Shown here one piece after another: positions 6,875 to 12,943 of a stretch of DNA of 12,943 nucleotides. A model generated the notes under the pieces. It worked only from the letters and a program-made list of their open reading frames with translations, ran no database searches and had not been told where the DNA came from. Position 1 is the stretch's first letter. Every line of letters starts with the position of its first letter. A program made the position numbers and the translations under genes. This stretch comes from Promethearchaeota archaeon. Its GTDB lineage: Archaea; Asgardarchaeota; Lokiarchaeia; Sigyniarchaeales; SOKP01. The stretch covers positions 1-12,943 of the forward strand of contig JALGVJ010000062.1 in assembly GCA_029838195.1 (NCBI GenBank), given 5' to 3'.

Positions 6875-7165
6875 TTGTTGAGTGATATTCTCATGGAGGG
6901 AAAGAACCATTTAAATAATGAAAATAATACCCCAACTAATATAGAAACGATTGAACAAGGAAAATTTATTAAAGAACCTTTAAATAATTCGAACGAAGTC
7001 AAAAAATTATTTACAGAATTAGATGTGGACGAACCGATTGGCGAACTTTTTTATAATTCGGTAAAAATTATTTTTGATACGGGATTTCATTTAGTGAAAC
7101 GGCTAAATTTTGATTTCATCGCAGAGTCTATTGAAAAAGCGGAAGAAGATCAAAAAAGCCGGTAA
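6875..7165 (+). CDS. Hypothetical protein (~90-96 aa)
   Basis: ORF 22 nt downstream of the acyltransferase-like gene on the same strand; in-frame ATG at 6893; acidic composition; no motif recognised. Confidence 0.65.
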   Translation: MLSDILMEGKNHLNNENNTPTNIETIEQGKFIKEPLNNSNEVKKLFTELDVDEPIGELFYNSVKIIFDTGFHLVKRLNFDFIAESIEKAEEDQKSR

Positions 7166-7416
7166 AAAAAATATTTTTACTCATGGTTCTTGATTTAAGG
7201 GAAACTAATTATTTTTTTAATGAATCGTTTGCTATTTCTTTTCGAAGAAGGGGGAGAAGAAATGAGAGGGTGAAAGAGGATCAAAAAAAATTCGGATGAA
7301 TTCATTTTATTAGATTTAGAGCATGCAAAAATAAATTAAATGCTTTATTCTTCCACCAATAACAAGAATGATGAGAGTAGGGGGTTAAAGAAGAATAAAA
7401 AAATGAATTATGATAA

Positions 7417-8160
7417 TTAATATTGCTTCGATTCGATAACTTCTTGGATAATTCTATTTTTAATCCATTTTGGTAAAACGAATCCATAATAAAATAAAAT
7501 GGCACTAGACGCTAATACGATCCTGCTAAATATCAAAAAGAGTCCTTGTGAAGCAAATAAACCATCCCAAATCGCTCCAATCGTATAAGAACAAACTGCT
7601 ATCAACAAGATTTTCCCTTTCCATTTAATTTCTATATTCGTACTTTTCATGGCAGTAAGAGAAAACATGAAACCCGTTATTATGAAGATTCCCAGTACTG
7701 TGAGGAAGTAGCCTAATATGAAGGGTTGATTGATAGAATCTACAGGACTTACTTCGATTGCTATTACGGAAGGTTCTGTAAATAGGAAATATAAAAATAT
7801 TACCAAGAAGATAGCTTGACTGATAGTTGCGATGATTACTACAATTTTTTGTTTATTTTCGTAAGTGAACCCTGTAAAGGCTGCTAACCAAGCAATTAAA
7901 CCAACGGGAACGAAAATGGTTGATATGAAATAAATTGTGGGAATGTTTAATCCATTTCCCGTGAAAAGAGCAAATAAGAAGGAAGCAGTATGACCCCACC
8001 ATGGTTCGCTCATTGCTATCCATGTAATTCCCACGTAAATTAATGTGTTTTGTCTATATTTCAAGTATTTTTGTAAGAACATGATACCTACCATGATGGA
8101 TATTGCTACAAAAATTAACTCTAAAAACCCGTTAATAATTTCATTTGGTTGTAAGGCCAT
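7417..8160 (-). CDS. Stand-alone seven-transmembrane membrane protein (HisKA_7TM-like / Loki-type 7TM)
   Basis: 247 aa with seven hydrophobic segments separated by short basic loops (KYLKYRQ, YENKQK, KWKGK) and a C-terminal GFVLPKWIK. Confidence 0.8.
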   Translation of the reverse strand: MALQPNEIINGFLELIFVAISIMVGIMFLQKYLKYRQNTLIYVGITWIAMSEPWWGHTASFLFALFTGNGLNIPTIYFISTIFVPVGLIAWLAAFTGFTYENKQKIVVIIATISQAIFLVIFLYFLFTEPSVIAIEVSPVDSINQPFILGYFLTVLGIFIITGFMFSLTAMKSTNIEIKWKGKILLIAVCSYTIGAIWDGLFASQGLFLIFSRIVLASSAILFYYGFVLPKWIKNRIIQEVIESKQY

Positions 8161-8225
8161 TCTTAAAAATTTGTTTGATATAATTAGAATAAATTAAATA
8201 TATGATTAAACATGGAAAAATAATA

Positions 8226-8240
8226 CATATAAATTTTCAC
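8226..8240 (-). promoter_or_regulatory. Putative BRE-TATA promoter of the 7TM gene
   Basis: Minus strand reads GTGAAAA-TTTATATG (purine-rich BRE directly before a TTTATA box), about 66 nt upstream of ATG 8160. Confidence 0.45.
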
Positions 8241-8519
8241 ATTTTAAAAAAAAAAAATTTTAAAGAGTGTTGGAAATGAAAAAAATACATGATTTGAGAA
8301 AAAGTGAAAATGGTACTTAAAACATGTTAATTAATTCTCTTATTTTAATGGTAAATTTCGATCAACTCATTCAAAAACCGTCTGAAATTGATAAAGGAAG
8401 TTTTTAAATTCCATTATTAACCGTCTAAAGCGAAAAATAGTCTATATTCTCGAGTGAGAGAAAAATTGAAGTTTGAGATTAATATCTCCCAGAAAATGAC
8501 AATTTATTTTCTATTGTTG

Positions 8520-8672
8520 TCAAATTTTAAGTAAATCTTCTACTCTCCTCCGAATGGCGTCTATGATGAATTCAGAATGAGAGCGGTATCCTAATTCCTT
8601 CTTTTCCTCAATGATCTTTAGAACGGTTTCCACTAAATTTTCTGGTATCCGAACTGTTCTATAATTATTCAT
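8520..8672 (-). CDS. Ribbon-helix-helix (CopG/MetJ/Arc-type) DNA-binding protein, 50 aa
   Basis: Not in the ORF track. Manual translation: MNNYRTVRIPENLVETVLKIIEEKKELGYRSHSEFIIDAIRRRVEDLLKI*. Alternating beta-ribbon RTVRIP, helix A, a G-Y-x-S-x-S-E-F-I turn and helix B (DAIRRRVE) fit the RHH pattern. Confidence 0.88.
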   Translation of the reverse strand: MNNYRTVRIPENLVETVLKIIEEKKELGYRSHSEFIIDAIRRRVEDLLKI

Positions 8673-9345
8673 ATTTTCCAAATTTTGAAAGAAGTCTCAA
8701 TAAAGGATGAGATTATTAAAAATTGCATTTTTAAGAACTAATTACAATATCCCGTTATTCATAAAAATATATGACAAAATTAATAGTTTTTTATTTTAAT
8801 TTGTAAGAGTTTATTTTAATGGCAATCCTCAATTGTACTCCGAATTAATGAATTTTTAGGCACGATTCTTTATTTTAAAGCAAATCTAATATCATGTATA
8901 TCGATTTTTGTTCATATCATTTCTTTCCATGGAAAAAATTGGAAGAATTAAATAAGATGAAAAAATAGTTGCATTAAACACGTGTTCCAATCGAGTTAAA
9001 ATATCTTCAAACTCAGCCAATAATCCCCTAAAACGATAAAAAGTAAAAAATCAAGGTAATTTTCTTGATAGGATAAAATTAGCACTAAAAGAGTAATTTA
9101 AAAAATAGTTATAAATTATTAGAGAAATAATCTAATTTTTTCATTATAATACTTATCCAATCTCATGATTAGAAGCATGAAAACAACACTTTTAGTAATT
9201 TTTATCTTTAAGATTAGGATAAGAAAATATAATTTATAAGGAACGATAAAATATTATACATATTATTGTTGTATATTTAAATCAAACATGACATGAATGC
9301 AAGGACAAGGTTGCCGAATAGTTTTTAAAAAGAAAAGGGATAAAG

Positions 9346-10920
9346 ATGATAAATTTCTCTGCAAATGAGGTAATATCTCAAGATTTCAAGAAACTCTTGA
9401 AAAAAATACCCTCGCCAGCGTATTTATGGAAAAAAACCAAAAATAATGATTTTATTCTAATAGAATATAATAAAAAAGCAGAAGATATTATAAGAAGAAG
9501 AATTCGAACTTGGATAAATAAAGGTGCGGATCAACTTTTAAAAGAAAAGCCAGAAATGAGAGATGCTATGTTAGCTTGCTTTGAACAGAAAAAAGATTTT
9601 GTAAAAAAAGTAGAATTTTCTCTAAGATTTTTTCGATTCAAAAAATATTTTTTAGTAAATTTTCGATTCATGCCTCCTGATATGATATTAGTTTATATAG
9701 AGGATCTCGTAGAGCAAAAAAAAATAATTAAAAACCTCCTTAAAGCGAACAAAAAACTAAAATATATTAATGCTGAATTGGAGAAAATTTTAGATTTCAT
9801 TCCCGTACGAGTTTTTTACAAGGATAATAATAATCGAATTATTCGGGTGAATCGGCGATATAGCGAAGATTTAAACATGAAAAAAGAAGATTTAGAGGGA
9901 AAGAGCTGTTTTGAATTATATCCTAAAGAAATTGCTCTTAAATATTGGCATGATGACTTGGAAATCATGAATACCGGATGCGCAAAATTAAATTATGAAG
10001 AGCCGTGGATTTCGCCAAAGGGGAAACGTTGGGTATTAACCAGTAAAATTCCTTTTCTATACAGTAAAAATAATATAATTGGTGTTATCGGATTTGCGGT
10101 AGATATCACGGAGCAAAAATTTTTAGAAAACGAATTAAAAAAATCTCGAGATCAACTGAAGCAAGTCAATGAAAAACTACTTCAGGTAAAAGAAGCTGAA
10201 ACAAAATATCGAAAGGCATTTGAGCACCTTTCCTTTTACAAGGATTTGGTGTTTCATGATATTAATAACATTTTTAATAACATGCATTTATCTGCCCGCT
10301 TGCATGAAGAAAAAATTAAATCAACCATAATAACTGAGGAGATTAAAAAATTCCCTCAATCTATCATCGAACAAGTTATTCGAGGGATGAAATTAATTTC
10401 AAATGTACGAGCAATTTTAAACATGAAAATTCAAGAAATACCTTTACAAGAGGTTGATCTTATCCTATTGTTATCTAATGCGTTGAACTTCATTGAAGCA
10501 TTTTTTCAACATCGTACAATAAATATCACTACGCAATATTCCAAGAAAAAATACATTGTATTAGCAAACGAACTGCTACAAGATGTTTTCGAAAATTTAT
10601 TAATTAATGCCATTCATCATAATCAAAATGAAATTGTCCAAATTGAAATTGTCATTACCGAAATTACTGAAGAAAGTAAAAAGCACGTGAAAATGGAGTT
10701 TAAAGATAATGGAATGGGCATATCGGAAGAACTAAAGAAAAACCTTTTCGTAATGACACCCTCGCAAGATATTAGAGAAAGAAAAGCTAAGGGGTTTGGT
10801 CTAAAACTTGTAAAAAAATTAATGGATATTTACAATGGAAAAATTATCGTGGAAGATCGCATTAAAGGCAAGCCTTCAGAAGGGACTAATTTTATCCTCT
10901 TCATACCTGCTTTGAGTTGA
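9346..10920 (+). CDS. Cytoplasmic PAS-domain sensor histidine kinase
   Basis: N-terminal PAS-like domain, coiled coil, then PAS/PAC (LDFIPVRVFYKD...VNRRY...GKSCFELYP...GFAVDITEQK). H-box FHDINN, N-box FENLLINAIHH, G1 DNGMGI, G2 KGFGLKLV, terminal GTNFILFIP. Confidence 0.95.
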   Translation: MINFSANEVISQDFKKLLKKIPSPAYLWKKTKNNDFILIEYNKKAEDIIRRRIRTWINKGADQLLKEKPEMRDAMLACFEQKKDFVKKVEFSLRFFRFKKYFLVNFRFMPPDMILVYIEDLVEQKKIIKNLLKANKKLKYINAELEKILDFIPVRVFYKDNNNRIIRVNRRYSEDLNMKKEDLEGKSCFELYPKEIALKYWHDDLEIMNTGCAKLNYEEPWISPKGKRWVLTSKIPFLYSKNNIIGVIGFAVDITEQKFLENELKKSRDQLKQVNEKLLQVKEAETKYRKAFEHLSFYKDLVFHDINNIFNNMHLSARLHEEKIKSTIITEEIKKFPQSIIEQVIRGMKLISNVRAILNMKIQEIPLQEVDLILLLSNALNFIEAFFQHRTINITTQYSKKKYIVLANELLQDVFENLLINAIHHNQNEIVQIEIVITEITEESKKHVKMEFKDNGMGISEELKKNLFVMTPSQDIRERKAKGFGLKLVKKLMDIYNGKIIVEDRIKGKPSEGTNFILFIPALS

Positions 10921-10975
10921 TTAAAAATAAATTAATCCGGTTTGTTTTTACAAATAATTTTATTAATTATTCTTA

Positions 10976-11914
10976 TTATCTATTTTTTTGATTATAATTA
11001 ATCATGAGCACGGCAATTAAGACCACTAATCCACCAATAATATTTCCCATTTTCACGATTTCTTCTATATTTAAAAAATAAGAAAATAATAAAGTAATAA
11101 ATGGTTCCACGTAAAGGAATGAGGCCACGTTTGAAGAGCTTAACGTTCTCTGGGAATTTTGCCAAATAAAATACCCTAAAACATAACATGCGGGTCCTAA
11201 ATATAAAGCACTAATTATCACCACCCAATTTAACCCTTGCTTAAAAAAGAAGAACAATTCTCCATTTAAATAAATGTATAAAAATAATTCTATAGCCCCA
11301 AGATAAGCAATATATTTTAACATCATGTTAGTTCCATGATTTTGCATCAATTTTTTTGTAAGCATGGTATAAATTGCCCAAAATAGAGGAGTGAGAAGTG
11401 CTAAAAAGATTCCTAAAAAGTTGGACGAGTTAGGATTTAATGTGTTTATATCCCCTCCCGTGACTAAAAAAAAGCCGCCTATTGAAGCCAAGAGAAACCC
11501 CAAGGATTTTAATTTATTTAACTTTTCTTTAAAAAAAATTAAAGAAAAAATCGCTATAAAAACGGGAGAAAGCAAGCAGACGAAGAGGGCCGGCAAGGAT
11601 GGGCCAATGAGTTGGATTGCATTATATTGAGAAAGAAAAAATAAAACAACGCCAAATTGAGTGGCTAAAAAGAGTAAAATCCATTCTTTACCATTAAATT
11701 TTTCATTTTGAAGGGATTGTAGTTCACTTGAATTATTATTTTTTCTTAAAAAAAATGAATAAATATCAACCAGCAAGTACAAAATGGATGAGACGAGAAA
11801 TCTATAGAAAGCAATTACCATTGGAGGAATATAATTAATCGCAATGTTCACTACTATGAAAGAAAATGCCCACATGTTAATCATGAGAATTAATAATAAA
11901 TATATGGAAAGCAT
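10976..11914 (-). CDS. EamA/DMT superfamily transporter
   Basis: 312 aa, about 10 TM segments in two EamA repeats; motifs WAFSF, PPMVIAFYRF, SPVFIAIFSLIFFKEKL, WAIYTML and ASFLYVEPFIT. Confidence 0.93.
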   Translation of the reverse strand: MLSIYLLLILMINMWAFSFIVVNIAINYIPPMVIAFYRFLVSSILYLLVDIYSFFLRKNNNSSELQSLQNEKFNGKEWILLFLATQFGVVLFFLSQYNAIQLIGPSLPALFVCLLSPVFIAIFSLIFFKEKLNKLKSLGFLLASIGGFFLVTGGDINTLNPNSSNFLGIFLALLTPLFWAIYTMLTKKLMQNHGTNMMLKYIAYLGAIELFLYIYLNGELFFFFKQGLNWVVIISALYLGPACYVLGYFIWQNSQRTLSSSNVASFLYVEPFITLLFSYFLNIEEIVKMGNIIGGLVVLIAVLMINYNQKNR

Positions 11915-11992
11915 GATATTGAATGAAGAACCGATTGATTTTAATTAAAGTCGAGTTTTTTAACCCTTAACTGGAGAAAGATTAATTGATTT

Positions 11993-12000
11993 TTTATAAT
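11993..12000 (+). promoter_or_regulatory. Putative TATA box in the 127-bp divergent EamA / GTPase-like intergenic region
   Basis: TTTATAAT about 42 nt upstream of TTG 12042; also reads TTATAAAA on the minus strand toward the EamA gene. Confidence 0.35.
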
Positions 12001-12041
12001 TAATTAAAGAATTTAGTTTTATTGAATGGAAGGAAGACCCC

Positions 12042-12680
12042 TTGAAAAAAATTACGTTTGGTCTTAAGTTTGGAATTATCGGAAAATCGAATGTTCCGAG
12101 AGAACGGTTTAGAAATTATCTAAAAAACATTAGCATTGAAACGAAGCAAGGATCAAAAGATCCACGGGGAGTTGCGGAGAAATACCTCATGCTTTATTCC
12201 TCCATTCCATTAAGCATTACTCTCCATGAAGAATCGACAATCGATTCGTTTCTTGATATTCATGCGAATCTAACTTCCTTGGATGCCTTGCTATTATTCT
12301 TATCTATGGAACAAAAAAATAATTTACATGATTTTGATTTCCACGCGTTAAAAAAAATAGAGGATTATTATAATTTTAAGGGGATTGATGTATTAATTGG
12401 CATGAACATTTTACCTCCGGATAATGGTGATAATCAAGTAGAGCTATCTAATATTATATTAAACGAAGATTTAATAGATAAAGCCAAATCATTAGATGTA
12501 CTATATTGTTTCGAAATTACCAAGGAGCCCGAGGATTTTCAAGAAATTTTGGATGAAATTCTTAGTTTTTTCTTACTGAAATTTAAAATCTCAAGCCCGG
12601 AAATATACAAACAAGCAAAAAATTATGGATTAGCCCTTAAAAAGAAAAAAAATTCCTTGCGAACTAAAGTTCGCTTCTAA
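12042..12680 (+). CDS. Small-GTPase (Rab/Ras)-fold-like protein with degenerate G motifs (putative pseudo-GTPase)
   Basis: LKFGIIGKSNVPRE aligns with KxxxIGDSxVGKS/T; LSITLHE with klqiWD; LDALLLFLSM with adgvllvyDi; VLIGMNIL with vlvGNKxD; AKSLDVLYCFEIT with a..g..y.EtSA. Length and motif spacing fit a small GTPase. Confidence 0.6.
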   Translation: MKKITFGLKFGIIGKSNVPRERFRNYLKNISIETKQGSKDPRGVAEKYLMLYSSIPLSITLHEESTIDSFLDIHANLTSLDALLLFLSMEQKNNLHDFDFHALKKIEDYYNFKGIDVLIGMNILPPDNGDNQVELSNIILNEDLIDKAKSLDVLYCFEITKEPEDFQEILDEILSFFLLKFKISSPEIYKQAKNYGLALKKKKNSLRTKVRF

Positions 12681-12812
12681 TCACTAAAATTTTTTCCTTT
12701 AATTATAAGATGGATTATATCAAGAAAAAAAAATATGAGGTAGCAAATTAATCTCAGTTACCACGCTCCAGCTCTAAGATTGGCGACAAAACCACCAAAA
12801 AGTTGAAAAAAC

Positions 12813-12943
12813 ATGACGAGCCATTATAAATATATTAATGAATCGAAAAATTGTGAACTGGACGAGCTGGCATCGGATATAATCTTCCAATATTCTGAAG
12901 AAGTAATAAGACAGCTAAGAAACCAATTAAGCGCTGCCATGCG
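12813..12943 (+). CDS. Partial ORF running off the right edge, function unknown
   Basis: ATG at 12813, open for 43 codons to the window end: MTSHYKYINESKNCELDELASDIIFQYSEEVIRQLRNQLSAAM. Confidence 0.5.
   Translation, partial: MTSHYKYINESKNCELDELASDIIFQYSEEVIRQLRNQLSAAM

Noticed and set aside
6429-7505. ORFs 6429..6683, 6742..7002 and 7302..7505 (minus strand)
   Set aside because: Antisense to or overlapping better-supported genes; low-complexity translations.
7417-8160. Rhodopsin (schizorhodopsin or heliorhodopsin)
   Set aside because: No Lys in the seventh helix (FSRIVLASSAILFYYG) and no rhodopsin helix-C motif.
8246-8257. A12 homopolymer as a phase-variation tract
   Set aside because: Intergenic, outside the putative BRE-TATA-start spacing, and unremarkable in such AT-rich DNA.
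10998-11630. ORFs 10998..11189 (-) and 11391..11630 (+)
   Set aside because: Nested in or antisense to the EamA transporter gene.
12750-12943. Left end of an insertion sequence (ctcagttacc..., locally higher GC) with a transposase start at 12813
   Set aside because: No partner inverted repeat, target duplication or transposase motif is visible in the window; sequence beyond the edge is needed.

Overview
AT-rich archaeal-style chromosomal region. Several proteins resemble families I associate with Asgard archaea (Lokiarchaeia/Promethearchaeia); this taxonomy is inferred from protein recognition, not from a search. Left to right: (1) A minus-strand protein with the N-terminal 'EFWGHCSNLQ' domain known from Loki LRR-type proteins. 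Here it is followed by at least 6.5 tandem 83-90 aa helical repeats with a hypervariable Tyr/Asn-rich loop, broken by a 22-bp deletion frameshift at ~611, and it continues off the left edge. (2) A hypothetical gene whose frame extends upstream through a single in-frame TGA. (3) A plus-strand cluster: a 2-hydroxyacyl-CoA-dehydratase-like Fe-S protein, a BadF/BadG/BcrA/BcrD-type ATP-dependent activase, a 68-aa protein, a PlsC-fold acyltransferase homolog lacking the catalytic His, and a 96-aa protein. The first two belong to the same domain classes as the bacterial PlsA/PlsR and Ger ether-lipid enzymes, so this is the best candidate for an undescribed lipid-remodelling system. (4) A stand-alone 7TM membrane protein, a 50-aa ribbon-helix-helix regulator missing from the ORF track, a PAS histidine kinase, an EamA/DMT transporter, a probable Rab/Ras-fold pseudo-GTPase, and a partial ORF at the right edge. 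No RNA genes, CRISPR arrays or supportable mobile elements were seen.
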